A DNA stretch of 64,000 nt from Macrostomum lignano (taxonomy: Eukaryota). Positions 1 through 12,974 of the stretch are shown here, in pieces. The position numbers and the translations under genes were made by a program. Every line of letters starts with the position of its first letter. The first letter of the stretch is position 1. The notes under the pieces were generated by a model. The model was not told where the DNA came from, made no database searches, and saw only the letters and a program-made list of their open reading frames with translations. The stretch is taken from assembly GCA_002269645.1 (NCBI GenBank), contig NIVC01003725.1:16484-80483 (forward strand), given 5' to 3'.

Positions 1-979
1 GTAAGTCAGGGAGCTCTGGAGCAGCCTATTTGGATTGGAAACCGAAAAATCCGCATAAATAAGCCTGGCGCTCCAACGGCCCAGGCTCGATTCCAAGTGC
101 AGTCGTTGATTTGGGGCTAAATTGGAATCTCGGCCTCGGGCCTGGGTCTGCTCGTGCAATTAACGGCCTTGAGGGCCAACCCCCAAGGCACAGTGAAGTG
201 TACCTGTGCTACATGCTAAGTTATGGCCGCTGTACACTCCTGTGTGTGCCTATGCGTATGACTGCGTACGTATCCGCGCGCTTGTGTGCCTGCTCAGGGG
301 AGTCGGCGGAACGGGCAGTAATGCCTCTCGCTGTTCGTGTGATAATGTCGCTTAAAGTGCGCCAGGGTGCACGCAGCCCCTGCCTCTAATAAAAATAAAT
401 ATCTGCTTTCAAAGAAAGCGCAAACAAAATTCTTGCAAATCCAATCACGCATGCTTTGAGACCGGCTATAATTTGAGCGCTAATCAATTGACTGCAGTCA
501 ATTTCCTATCCTGATGCTGCATGTAGAACTCCTTGTGTAAGTGCAAGCCGGCAAGCACAGCCGTGTGTTGACTGCTGAAGATGCAAAACAATTTTCTTCT
601 CTGCAATCAGCTGAAAGTGGACTGGACAAGCGAAGTAATCTGGCTGTCATCTGAGGGGAATTCAAAGTAAGACATAATCCCGTTCCCTAATCCGGATCCA
701 ACTATTCCCATTGACGACGCTAAACTGGATATAAAAAGAAGCATTTGGTTGGGCTTTATGTTCCAAGCTTCCGCGGCTGTGGATTTGGTAATTGGAGAAA
801 TCCGATAAGTTGCAGTTTGAAGTTTACAGGACCCAGTCGACTTTCCTACTCTAATTGTTTCACTTAAAAATCCGGTTCCATCTCTTGCGATTCTCATTTT
901 TGTGCGCTATGCTATGGTAGGATCAGATTCGCTATTGTCTGGGATCGAGAGAAGGGATCGGGAGGGATCGGGATTCGAA

Positions 980-2750
980 TTTCTGGAGCGGATCGGGAGT
1001 GACTCGCTGGAGTGGATCGGGAGTGACTCTGGAGTGGATCGGGAGTGACTCCCTGGAGTGGATCGGGAGTGACTCTGGAGTGGATCGGGAGTGACTCTGG
1101 AGTGGATCGGGAGTGACTCTGGAGTGGATCGGGAGTGACTCTGGAGTGGATCGGGAGTGACTCTGGAGTGGATCGGGAATGACTCTGGAGTGGATCGGGA
1201 GTGACTCTGGAGTGGATCGGGAGTGACTCTGGAGTGGATCGGGAGTGACTCTGGAGTGGATCGGGAGTGACTCCCTGGAGTGGATCGGGAGTGACTCTGG
1301 AGTGGATCGGGAGTGACTCTGGAGTGGATCGGGAGTGACTCTGGAGTGGATCGGGAGTGACTCTGGAGTGGATCGGGAGTGACTCTGGAGTGGATCGGGA
1401 ATGACTCTGGAGTGGATCGGGAGTGACTCTGGAGTGGATCGGGAGTGACTCTGGAGTGGATCGGGAGTGACTCTGGAGTGGATCGGGAGTGACTCGCTGG
1501 AGTGGATCGGGAGTGACTCTGGAGTGGATCGGGAGTGACTCTGGAGTGGATCGGGAGTGACTCTGGAGTGGATCGGGAGTGACTCGCTGGAGTGGATCGG
1601 GAGTGACTCTGGAGTGGATCGGGAGTGACTCTGGAGTGGATCGGGAGTGACTCGCTGGAGTGGATCGGGAGTGACTCTGGAGTGGATCGGGAGTGACTCG
1701 CTGGAGTGGATCGGGAGTGACTCTGGAGTGGATCGGGAGTGACTCTGGAGTGGATCGGGAGTGACTCGCTGGAGTGGATCGGGAGTGACTCGCTGGAGTG
1801 GATCGGCAGTGACTAGCTGGAGTGGATCGGGAGTGACTCCCTGGAGTGGATCGGGAGTGACTCTGGAGTGGATCGGGAGTGACTCTGGAGTGGATCGGGA
1901 GTGACTCTGGAGTGGATCGGGAGTGACTCGCTGGAGTGGATCGGGAGTGACTCTGGAGTGGATCGGGAGTGACTCTGGAGTGGATCGGGAGTGACTCGCT
2001 GGAGTGGATCGGGAGTGACTCTGGAGTGGATCGGGAGTGACTTTCTGGAGTGGATCGGGAGTGATTTATGGGGCGGATCGGGAGTGACTCTGGAGTGGAT
2101 CGGGAGTGACTCTGGAGTGGATCGGGAGTGACTCTGGAGTGGATCGGGAATGACTCTGGAGTGGATCGGGAGTGACTCTGGAGTGGATCGGGAGTGACTC
2201 TGGAGTGGATCGGGAGTGACTCTGGAGTGGATCGGGAGTGACTCGCTGGAGTGGATCGGGAGTGACTCTGGAGTGGATCGGGAGTGACTCTGGAGTGGAT
2301 CGGGAGTGACTCGCTGGAGTGGATCGGCAGTGACTAGCTGGAGTGGATCGGGAGTGACTCTGGAGTGGATCGGGAGTGACTAGCTGGAGTGGATCGGGAG
2401 TGACTCTGGAGTGGATCGGGAGTGACTCGCTGGAGTGGATCGGGAGTGACTCTGGAGTGGATCGGGAGTGACTCTGGAGTGGATCGGGAGTGACTCTGGA
2501 GTGGATCGGGAGTGACTCGCTGGAGTGGATCGGGAGTGACTCTGGAGTGGATCGGGAGTGACTTTCTGGAGTGGATCGGGAGTGATTTATGGGGCGGATC
2601 GGGAGTGACTCTCTGGAGCGGATCGGGAGTGATTTTATGGGGCGGATCGGGAGTGACTCTCTGGAGCGGTTCGGGAGTGACTCTCTGGAGCGGATCGGGA
2701 GTGACTCTCTGGAGCGGATCGGGAGTGACTCTCTGGAGCGGATCGGGAGT
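980..2750. repeat. 22-bp minisatellite (CTGGAGTGGATCGGGAGTGACT)n with 2-3 bp insertion variants
   Basis: Unit read directly; roughly 75-80 copies; a variant block (CTTTCTGG...GATTTATGGGGCGGATCGG) recurs near 2041 and 2561. Confidence 0.97.
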
Positions 2751-3861
2751 TTCTTTGCGTCGAACTAAAATTGCAACAAGCAAAATTGTTTTTGCTATTT
2801 TGGACGCCTTGGCCTATAGAGTGCCCATTTGTTCAGGTGAAGCCTGAGACCCCTGGACAGACCAAGGACGACAACTTTTGTGCTCAGATTTTCTTTGAGA
2901 AGAGCAACCTGCCTGTTAGATTGCCCCCAGATCTTTTACTCGAGCACTTTTCCAAAACTACATGGCGTCAGTACACAGAGCCTATTTTTAAATCCGGAAG
3001 CTGCTTTGCGCTGCGGAACCGCCCCTAGCTATTCCCCATCAAGACTCTCCTGCTGTCGCGCCGCTAATTGCGCTTCCCTAATTGGCGATTCGATCAAAGC
3101 CAAAAGCGCACAGTTTGGCCACTTTCTCCCTGTCGGACCGGCGGTGCACTGCGCAGGAAATATCAGGTGGGCCATTCTGCTTCCGCGAAACTACAGTAAT
3201 AGTTTATAGTTGTTTTGTTGTTGAGCACAGTTTCCTCTGATCATTCAGTTAGTTCCTTCAGGTCATTCCTTGATTATGTGCCTTTGATCATTAATTATGG
3301 TTTACCCCCGATTCGCCGATTTATGTCAGTTTTCAGGGCCACTCTGCTGTGCAGCAGCCGAATTTATTCAGTCTCATTCCATGTCAGCCACTCCCATCGA
3401 ATCTGCTCGGCTATTTTTGCCCACCTACGCGCAGTTGAAACTCGCGAATGGCCGGCCGGCCTCTCCAGCCACGCCCCAATTGTCTGGCTGTTGGCGCGGA
3501 CAAGCTTCTGTACTCAGCTGCAGGTTGTGTATCCTAACAGATTGAATTCCGTTAGGAACAAAATGGCTACTGGTCAGAACTAATCAATCTGGTTTTGAGA
3601 CTCTGCATCGTTCGATCCCATCTGAAGCGCAGACCTCAGCCTCTCCTAATGCATTTCGTACTTGCTCCAACATCCAGCCTACATGCAAGTCTCAATCAGT
3701 TCGCGATCACTTTTACATCTCTGATGTAAATGATCTGGGGCTTCATATTAATAAAGGGAAGGCCTGTGCCTCAGTCATGCATATCATTGCAGATGCGCTG
3801 AGAAATATGATGCACTTCTTCTACACAAACTACTTTGGCTAAAAACATACTCGCGTGACGC

Positions 3862-4970
3862 AAAGGCTCCTGACGTGTGTTTACTTCGCATCCTAAAGAC
3901 TATTAGCTATCATGAAGGCTCCTGACGTGTGTTTACTTCGCATCCTAAAGACTATTAGCTATCATGAAGGCTCCTGACGTGTGTTTACTTCGCATCCTAA
4001 AGACTATTAGCTATCATGAAGGCTCCTGACGTGTGTTTACTTCGCATCCTAAAGACTATTAGCTATCATGAAGGCTCCTGACGTGTGTTTACTTCGTATC
4101 CTAAAGACTATTAGCTATCATGAAGGCTCCTGACGTGTGTTTACTTCGCATCCTAAAGACTATTAGCTATCATGAAGGCTCCTGACGTGTGTTTACTTCG
4201 CATCCTAAAGACTATTAGCTATCATGAAGGCTCCTGACGTGTGTTTACTTCGCATCCTAAAGACTATTAGCTATCATGAAGGCTCCTGACGTGTGTTTAC
4301 TTCGCATCCTAAAGACTATTAGCTATCATGAAGGCTCCTGACGTGTGTTTACTTCGCATCCTAAAGACTATTAGCTATCATGAAGGCTCCTGACGTGTGT
4401 TTACTTCGCATCCTAAAGACTATTAGCTATCATGAAGGCTCCTGACGTGTGTTTACTTCGCATCCTAAAGACTATTAGCTATCATGAAGGCTCCTGACGT
4501 GTGTTTACTTCGCATCCTAAAGACTATTAGCTATCATGAAGGCTCCTAACGTGTGTTTACTTCGCATCCTAAAGACTATTAGCTATCATGAAGGCTCCTG
4601 ACGTGTGTTTACTTCGCATCCTAAAGACTATTAGCTATCATGAAGGCTCCTGACGTGTGTTTACTTCGCATCCTAAAGACTATTAGCTATCATGAAGGCT
4701 CCTGACGTGTGTTTACTTCGCATCCTAAAGACTATTAGCTATCATGAAGGCTCCTGACGTGTGTTTACTTCGCATCCTAAAGACTATTAGCTATCATGAA
4801 GGCTCCTGACGTGTGTTTACTTCGCATCCTAAAGACTATTAGCTATCATGAAGGCTCCTGACGTGTGTTTACTTCGCATCCTAAAGACTATTAGCTATCA
4901 TGAAGGCTCCTGACGTGTGTTTACTTCGCATCCTAAAGACTATTAGCTATCATGAAGGCTCCTGACGTGT
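3862..4970. repeat. 52-bp minisatellite, ~21 near-identical copies
   Basis: Unit GAAGGCTCCTGACGTGTGTTTACTTCGCATCCTAAAGACTATTAGCTATCAT; period 52 (3914 to 3966); only two substitutions noticed (~4097, ~4548); no spacers. Confidence 0.97.
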
Positions 4971-5354
4971 CTTAGTGGCTTATGGCGAGTCAGATATTTT
5001 TGAAAGCGGATTCGAGCTTTTCAACTTGGGGATCAGTTCGTTTTAATATTTCTGTATTTTTCTTCAAAATTAATCAGACAGTTAAAAGTGCAAACAAAAG
5101 AGAGGATTAAGGTGAAAAAAATTCTAAGCCAAAAGCGGTTTCTTTGGAGCAGACAAACAGAGCACACAACAGGAAATAGTTATGACAGGGGCAAGGATTT
5201 TGTTGATTTCAATGTAAAAAAATCTGAAACCTCACGAATACGAGCATGCGAGTTTCTTGTCGGGCTAACAGACGGACTCAGCTTAAACCAGGGGTTGGCA
5301 ACTTTCTTACCACAATGGCCAGATAGAGAATGCAGCTCATGGCTGCGGGCCAGA

Positions 5355-5900
5355 TGAGAATGGAAAGGAGAGGGAATAAAGATAAGAGAAGAGAGGGGAG
5401 AGGAGAGAGGGGAGAGAAGAGAGCGGAGAGAGGAGAAAGGGAAGAGAATGGTAAAAAAGAGGAGAGAAGAGGAGAGAGAGGCGAGAGTGGAGAGGAGAGA
5501 GGAGAGAGAGGGGGGGAGAGTGAAGAGGGGAGAGAGGAGAAGAGAAGAGAAGAGGAGAAAGGGAGAGCGATGAGAGAAGAGAACAGAGGAGAGAAGATAA
5601 GAGAAGAGAAGGGAGAGAGAGGGGAAGGTGGAGAGGAGAGAGGAGAGAGGCGAGAGTGGAGAGGAGAGAGGAGAGAGAGAGGGGGCGGAGAGTGAAGAGG
5701 GGAGAGAGAGGAAAAGAGAAGAGAAGAGGAGAGAGGGAGAGAGATGAGAGAAGAGAACAGAGGAGAGAAGAGGAGAAAAGAGGAGAGAAGAGGAGAGAGC
5801 GGAGAGAGCAGAGAGAGAGGAGAGAGAGGAGAGAGGAGAGCGGAGAGGAGAGAAGAGGAGAGAAGAGAAGAGAAGGGAGAGAGAGGAGAGGGTAGAGAGG
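5355..5900. repeat. GA-rich low-complexity tract with an internal ~170-bp duplication
   Basis: Almost pure purine on +; block GAGAGGCGAGAGTGGAGAGG... at ~5477 and ~5646. Confidence 0.9.
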
Positions 5901-6415
5901 CTTTGAGGGCCGCATGTGGCCCTCGGGCCAGAGTTCGCCGACCCCATATTAAACAAACATCAATGATAGAAGTTCATTACTTGAACTCATTTCTGCAAAT
6001 AGATTCCACCTTCAGCAAAATCTTAACGAAGTGACAAAAATGAACAATAAAAGCAATTTATGCGATAAAAAGGGCTTTCACTTTTCAGAACTCATTTCCA
6101 AGAACTCATCAAAGGAAATTTAGACTCGCAGTTTCTCCAAGTCACGATCAAATTATCAGAGAACATACGATTGCATTAAAAAGCGGTATGCTATACTTGA
6201 ATCCAGGCAGAACACGAATAGTTATGTAGTGATATTCATTTCTAATCTCTATGCCTGACAACTAGCCGCAACACCAGGACTGGACAGTTGAATTCCCACG
6301 GCTTTATTCCCGGGTATTCCCGGATAGTCACTGACTGTGCGCCTCACTAACTCAAAATTTTCAAGAAGCTCTCAGCTTGACAGTTTCGAGTTTGTGAAGC
6401 TTTGAGCAACTGAAA

Positions 6416-6799
6416 CACCCAGATCACAGGCCAATCAGGCGCAGTTTCACCCAGATCACAGGCCAATCAGGCGCAGTTTCACCCAGATCACAGGCCAATC
6501 AGGCGCAGTTTCACCCAGATCACAGGCCAATCAGGCGCAGTTTCACCCAGATCACAGGCCAATCAGGCGCAGTTTCACCCAGATCACAGGCCAATCAGGC
6601 GCAGTTTCACCCAGATCACAGGCCAATCAGGCGCAGTTTCACCCATATCACAGGCCAATCAGGCGCAGTTTCACCCAGATCACAGGCCAATCAGGCGCAG
6701 TTTCACCCATATCACAGGCCAATCAGGCGCAGTTTCACCCAGATCACAGGCCAATCAGGCGCAGTTTCACCCAGATCACAGGCCAATCAGGCGCAGTTT
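6416..6799. repeat. 32-bp minisatellite, 12 copies, each with GGCCAATCAG
   Basis: Unit CACCCAGATCACAGGCCAATCAGGCGCAGTTT; 384 bp = 12 x 32; lies at the 3' end of the minus-strand GPCR; minus-strand AATAAA at 6303-6308 beyond it. Confidence 0.96.
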
Positions 6800-6908
6800 C
6801 CCAGCGAGAACTCTGGCCGACTCCGTGTCCGAGGACCGGCTGCCGATGTACCCGCCGGCGGCAACAGCGGCCGCCACCGCCGCTGTGGTTCGTCCGTCCG
6901 GCGCGTCG

Positions 6909-8305
6909 TCAGGGATCACGAGCGGAACTGCGCAGGCTCCCTCCGCCCTGCCGCCGCCACCTCCGCCGCCTCCGCCGCCGCCGCAAGCGTCTCCTCTGCC
7001 CCCGAGCTCCGCCGCCTGCTCCGACTCCAGCGCCGCCGCCTCTTCCTCGGCGCTGCTCGTCCTGCCGATTGCCGGACCGCCTGAATACCCGGCAGCACAT
7101 GCGCGAGGCCAGGGCGCTCAGGTGGCGCCGAAAGCTCTTGTTGAGGCACCAGTAGCAAATAGGCGACACCGCGCTGTGCAGGTGGCCGAGAAACAGCGCC
7201 ACGCTGTAGATGCTCTCCTCCAGCGGTCGCATGACCTCCGGCCGCCCGGCCACCAGCTGCAGCCCGCCCCGGAACGGCGGCCTCGGATCGCGGCGCTGGT
7301 GACCGTCGCCAGCAGAGGAGAAGTCGATCCAGACTCCGACGAGATTCACCGGCAGCCAGCAGATAACGAAGCAGGCGACAAGGAGCACCAGCGTCTGCAC
7401 GGCGCGCTTCGTGGACTGGTGCGCGACGCTGGCCTGGTACTGAGAGGGCACGCTGCTGTGAGACTCGCTCGCCTGGATCTGGTCCGTGTAGGAGGACACG
7501 CACGGGTTTAAGCGGTCGTGGCTGTGGAAGCGGCTGAGCCCGCCTACGTTGCCGCCGCCAGGGCCCTCCGCACCCACGGGGCTGCTGGGACCGACGGCGT
7601 CGCTTCCACCGCCACCGCCAGTTGTCGGGCTGACCGGAGCGCTGCTGGAGAACTGCAAAGATTGACGATGACGCTGGTGCTGATGCTGGCTCAGGTTGAG
7701 CATGAGACACCTGTTTGGATGAAGCAGATTCGGACTCGGCGGCGCCGGATGCTGGGGCGTCGGTGGACGCTGCTGATGCCGCTGCAGCCGCCACAGCTGA
7801 AGCTCCTCACCGTCAGGCTGCTGTTCCGACTGGCTGAGCAGGCGGGCCAGCGCCGCGATGCTAGCGGTGATGAAGCAGTAGCAAGCTGAGATGACGGCGC
7901 AGGGCATGCAGAATACCAGCAGCAGCAGCAGCACGGAGTACAGCCGCCTCGCCCACGGGTTTTCACCCCAGTACTCGTCGCAGAATGTGACACAGATTTC
8001 GCCGCACTGCTGGTCTTCGGGCGCGTCGCTGGGACTGCCAGTAGCGTTGAGAGCCTCACCGCCGCCGCCGCGGTTGCGGCCCTGCATGAACTCCTGCATG
8101 CTCTGCACGCCGAAGGTCACGGTAGACCGGATGAAGATGTTCGGCGAGGCGAGAGCGGCAGCGCCGCCCCACACCAGCAGAAGCAGCAAGACGAGTCGCC
8201 GGCCCTGCCAGAGCCGCTGCTTCACCGGCTCCTGACGGCGGAAACTCCTGGCGCGTAGAATCGCCATGGCAACCAGGGAGAACACGTTTGAGATGATGGC
8301 CACGC
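6909..8305 (-). CDS. Class A (rhodopsin-like) GPCR, neuropeptide-receptor-like, last exon (TM3-TM7, long ICL3, C-tail)
   Basis: Acceptor ATTCCAG at 8306-8307, phase 1 matching the upstream donor; TM3 GVAIISNVFSLVAMAILRA, TM4 LVWGGAAALASP, ECL2 FCDEYW, TM5 LVFCMPCAVISACY, TM6 CFVICWLP, TM7 HLHSAVSPICY. As given, stop at 6909; true stop may be 6776 (see findings). Confidence 0.92.
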
Positions 8306-8377
8306 CTGGAATCGGTTGGGCCGGCCTGGGGCGGTGAGCTGAGGTCAACTAGGGTAACCCTCTCTGACAACTCCCTC

Positions 8378-9120
8378 TGACAGCTCCCTCTCTGACAAAT
8401 CCCTCTGACAGCTCCCTCTCTGACAACTCCCTCTGACAGCTCCCTCTCTGACAAATCCCTCTGACAGCTCCCTCTCTGACAACTCCCTCTGACAGCTCCC
8501 TCTCTGACAAATCCCTCTGACAGCTCCCTCTCTGACAACTCCCTCTGACAGCTCCCTCTCTGACAAATCCCTCTGACAGCTCCCTCTCTGACAACTCCCT
8601 CTGACAGCTCCCTCTCTGACAAATCCCTCTCTGACAAATATCTCTGACAGCTCCCTCTCTGACAACTCCCTCTCTGACAACTCCCTCCTCTCTGACAAAT
8701 CCCTCTGACAACTCCCTCTGACAGCTCCCTCCCTGACAAATCCCTCTGACAGCTCCCTCTCTGACAAATCCCTCTCTGACAACTCCCTCTGACAACTCCC
8801 TCTGACAGCTCCCTCCCTGACAAATCCCTCTGACAGCTCCCTCTCTGACAACTCCCTCTCTGACAGCTCCCTCTCTGACAGCTCCCTCTCTGACAACTCC
8901 CTCTCTGACAACTCCCTCTCTGACAACTCCCTCTCTGACAACTCCCTCTCTGACAACTCCCTCTGACAGCTCCCTCCCTGACAAATCCTTCTGACAACTC
9001 CCTCTCTGACAACCCTCTCTCTGACAAATCCCTCTGACAACTCCCTATCTAACAAGTCCCTCTCTGACAACCCTCTCTCTGACAACCCTCTCTCTGACAA
9101 CTCCCTCTCTCTGACAACCC
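8378..9120. repeat. 13-15 bp CT-rich minisatellite (CTGACA[G/A]CTCCCTCT-type) in GPCR intron
   Basis: Unit read directly; source of the ELSER/GSCQR repeat ORFs. Confidence 0.93.
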
Positions 9121-10046
9121 TAACGAGGGTGCTTCTTCGATATGTTTCCGTCTAAATGTATTTTTTCTCTGCAACACAGACTCGATGTAACTTTTGTCAG
9201 TTGTTCGGGAAGCAGCTTCTCTGAGCTGAGTACACTAATCCGCATTCGAGTATCCGATGTCTTTGAGCAATGTAGCGCGAGGGGACTCAGCTGGATTCCA
9301 GCAGTCAGGCACACTAAGCAGTGTTTGATGGCACTCGCGGGTAAAATTACTATTTGTGCTCACGTGAGCTCTCGCTAGCTGCCTCTCTGATAGCATCATC
9401 GATGAGGTCTCTACATCGCGGGCCGCAGCAATGGGGGCCAAGAGAGGGAGCGGCCATCAGTATTCCTGTCGGATAGAAGAATGGGCAAGACAAATCCCAA
9501 AGCTCCGAACCCCCACATTAATACAGTCCTCGTTTCGACGAAATTCGAGTAGGCAATTTGATGAAGATGATTTGGCGGGAGCTGAATCTCAGCTTCCCTA
9601 TTCGCACGTGACTGAGTATTCCAGCGGCACTTGGCTTTCGTTTGAGGAATTTTATATTCTAGTAAAGCCTTGCTAGCTGCCTGTCCTGTGCTGAGAGGCA
9701 AATTAATTATAGATCTATATCGCTATCAGCCAGGCCAGTTCGACTGAACGGACTTCCTTTGACAGCTCACGAATCACCGCGCGGCAGACAGATCAAGGAC
9801 AAGAACAGAATCCCTGAGGCGAAATGTTGAGTCCCTACAGCTAAACTGCTGTTTGACGCAGCTGCTTCCTCCTAATGCCTCTCCTCACCTCTCCCCTTCC
9901 CTTCTCCCTCTGAATTCCCCCCAGGGCAGGCTGCAACAGCTCTTAACTCCGCTAAAAATGATAGCGCACACACGCTAAGTGTCAGGCTGCTGCATGTTAG
10001 TCGGGACGCACCTGCGCTTGTTATGACCCTCTAGACTGCAGAACCT

Positions 10047-12008
10047 TTAGATTCCTTTAGATTCCTTTAGATTCCTTTAGATTCCTTTAGATTCCTTCAG
10101 ATTCCTTCAGATTCCTTCAGATTCCTTCAGATTCCTTTAGATTCCTTCAGATTCCTTTAGATTCCTTTAGATTCCTTTAGATTCCTTTAGATTCCTTTAG
10201 ATTCCTTTAGATTCCTTTAGATTCCTTTAGATTCCTTTAGATTCTTTAGATTCCTTTAGATTCCTTTAGATTCCTTTAGATTGCTTTAGATTCCTTTAGA
10301 TTCCTTTAGATTTCTTTAGATTCCTTTAGATTCCTTTAGATTCCTTTAGATTCCTTTAGATTCCTTTAGATTCCTTTAGATTCCTTTAGATTCCTTTAGA
10401 TTCCTTTAGATTCCTTTAGATTCCTTTAGATTCCTTTAGATTCCTTTAGATTCCTTTAGATTCCTTCAGATTCCTTCAGACTCCTTCAGATTCCTTTAGA
10501 TACCCATAGATTCCTTAGATTCCTTTCCATTCCTTTAGATTCCTTTAGATTCCTTTAGATTCCTTCAGATTCCTTCAGATTCCTTCAGATTCCTTCAGAT
10601 TCCCTTAGATTCCTTTAGATTCCTTCAGATTCCTTCAGATTCCTTCAGATTCCTTTAGATTCCTTCAGATTCCTTCAGATTCCTTCAGATTCCTTCAGAT
10701 TCCTTTAGATTCCTTTAGATTCCTTCAGATTCCCTTAGATTCCTTCAGATTCCTTCAGATTCCTTTAGATTCCTTTAGATTCCTTTCTATTCCTTTAGAT
10801 TCCTTTAGATTCCTTTAGATTCCTTCAAATTCCTTCAGATTCCTTCAGATTCCTTCAGATTCCTTCAGATTCCTTCAGATTCCTTTAGATTCCTTCAGAT
10901 TCCTTCAGATTCCTTCAGATTCCTTTAGATTCCTTCAGATTCCTTCAGATTCCTTCAGATTCCTTCAGATTCCTTTAGATTCCTTCAGATTCCTTCAGAT
11001 TCCTTCAGATTCCTTTAGATTCCTTTAGATTCCTTCAGATTCCCTTAGATTCCTTCAGATTCCTTCAGATTCCTTTAGATTCCTTTAGATTCCTTTCTAT
11101 TCCTTTAGATTACTTTAGATTCCTTTAGATTCCTTCAGATTCCTTCAGATTCCTTCAGATTCCTTTAGATTCCTTTAGATTCCTCCAGATTCCTTTCGAT
11201 TCCTTCAGATTCCTTTAGATTCCTTCAGATTCCTTCAGATTCCTTCAGATTCCTTCAGATTCCTTCAGATTCCTTTAGATTCCTTTAGATTCCTTTAGAT
11301 TCCTTCAGATTCCTTCAGATTCCTTTAGATTCCTTTAGATTCCTTCAGATTCCTTTAGATTCCTTTAGATTCCTTTAGATTCCTTCAGATTCCTTCAGAT
11401 TCCTTCAGATTCCTTTAGATTCCTTTAGATTCCTTCAGATTCCCTTAGATTCCTTCAGATTCCTTCAGATTCCTTTAGATTCCTTTAGATTCCTTTCTAT
11501 TCCTTTAGATTCCTTTAGATTCCTTTAGATTCCTTCAAATTCCTTCAGATTCCTTCAGATTCCTTCAGATTCCTTCAGATTCCTTCAGATTCCTTCAGAT
11601 TCCTTTAGATTCCTTCAGATTCCTTCAGATTCCTTCAGATTCCTTTAGATTCCTTCAGATTCCTTCAGATTCCTTCAGATTCCTTCAGATTCCTTTAGAT
11701 TCCTTCAGATTCCTTTAGATTCCTTTAGATTCTTTCAGATTCCTTCAGATTCCTTCAGATTCCTTTAGATTCCTTTAGATTCCTTTCTATTCCTTTAGAT
11801 TCCTTGAGATTCCTTCAGATTCCTTCAGATTCCTTTAGATTCTTTCAGATTCCTTTAGATTCCTTCAGATTCCTTTAGATTCCTTCAGATTCCTTCAGAT
11901 TCCTTCAGATTCCTTTAGATTCCTTCAGATTCCTTCAGATTCCTTTAGATTCCTTTAGATTCCTTTAGATTCCTTTAGATTCCTTTAGATTCCTTTAGAT
12001 TCATTTAG
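10047..12008. repeat. 10-bp satellite (AGATTCCTT[T/C])n, ~195 copies, in GPCR intron
   Basis: Period 10 with binary T/C variation; rare variants recur as blocks. Confidence 0.98.
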
Positions 12009-12159
12009 AACTGCTGCTTGTTTTCTGGGCGCATTTTGGTCAAGGTGCATTGCAAACAAATGCAAATACTCGTACGAACTAGACTGCCATTTCACGTCTC
12101 TTCTGATCGCTCCTTCTTTGCCCGACAGCCTTCCTCCCCCTTCCTGCACTTCCCCAAAC

Positions 12160-12830
12160 TTCCGGCCCCTTCCTCTCCATTCCCGCCCCTTCCTCTCCAT
12201 TCCCGCCCCTTCCTCTCCATTCCCGCCCCTTCCTCTCCATTCCCGCCCCTTCCTCTCCATTCCCGCCCCTTCCTCTCCATTCCCGCCCCTTCCTCTCCAT
12301 TCCCGCCCCTTCCTCTCCATTCCCGCCCCTTCCTCTCCATTCCCGCCCCTTCCTCTCCATTCCCGCCACTTCCCCAACCTTCCTGCCCCTTCCTCTCCCT
12401 ACCTTGCTGCTTCCCCTACTTTCCTGCCCTTCTTCTACCTTCCTGCCTTTTCCCCTACCTTCCTGCCCCTTCCCCTACCTTCCTGCTTCTTCCCCTACCT
12501 TCCTGCCCCTTCCCCTACTTTCCTGCCTCTTCCCCTACCTTCCTGCCTCTTCCCCTACCATCCTGCCTCTTCCCCTACCATCCTGCCTCTTCTCCTACCA
12601 TCCTGCCCCTTCCCCTACCATCCTGCCTCTTCTCCTACCATCCTGCCTCTTCCCCTACCATCCTACCCCTTCCCCTACCATCCTGCCCCTTCCCCTACCA
12701 TCCTGCCTCTTCCCCTACCATCCTGCCTCTTCCCCTACCTTCCTGCCTCTTCCCCTACCTTCCTGCCTCTTCCCCTACCTTTCTGCCTCTTCCCCTACCT
12801 TCCTGCCTCTTCCCCTACCTTCCTTCCCCT
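12160..12830. repeat. Two adjacent pyrimidine-rich arrays (20-bp TCCCGCCCCTTCCTCTCCAT; ~19-bp TCCTGCCTCTTCCCCTACC)
   Basis: Units read directly. Confidence 0.9.
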
Positions 12831-12974
12831 TTCCTCTCCCTGCCTCCTGCCTCTCCTCACCCCTCTTCTATTCCTATGCCTCCTTTTCCCTCGCTCCGTC
12901 TCCTTTCCTCTCGTCTATCTCTCTTTCTACCGCAGCTCGGTGTTTCAACCTCCCGATTCCCCCACTTGCCTCAC

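Noticed and set aside
1-6. GTAAGT at the window start as a splice donor
   Set aside because: The upstream exon is outside the window, so it cannot be supported.
607-897. 96-aa minus-strand ORF and neighbouring ORFs to 3600
   Set aside because: No recognisable domain; non-ATG starts or short; may be decayed element sequence but no ends were found.
3862-4970. CRISPR array interpretation of the 52-bp array (also the 49-bp and 44-bp arrays)
   Set aside because: Units are head-to-tail with no unique spacers, there are no cas genes, and the context is spliced eukaryotic genes.
6825-8235. Plus-strand ORFs opposite the GPCR, and minus-strand ORFs opposite KIF26 and the FN3 gene
   Set aside because: Shadow ORFs of GC-rich coding exons with no independent motifs.
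8056-9100. ELSER/GSCQR repeat ORFs, and similar ORFs over other arrays (SFTPY, HSHPI, LCLYSCH etc.)
   Set aside because: All coincide exactly with tandem repeats and are open in several frames.
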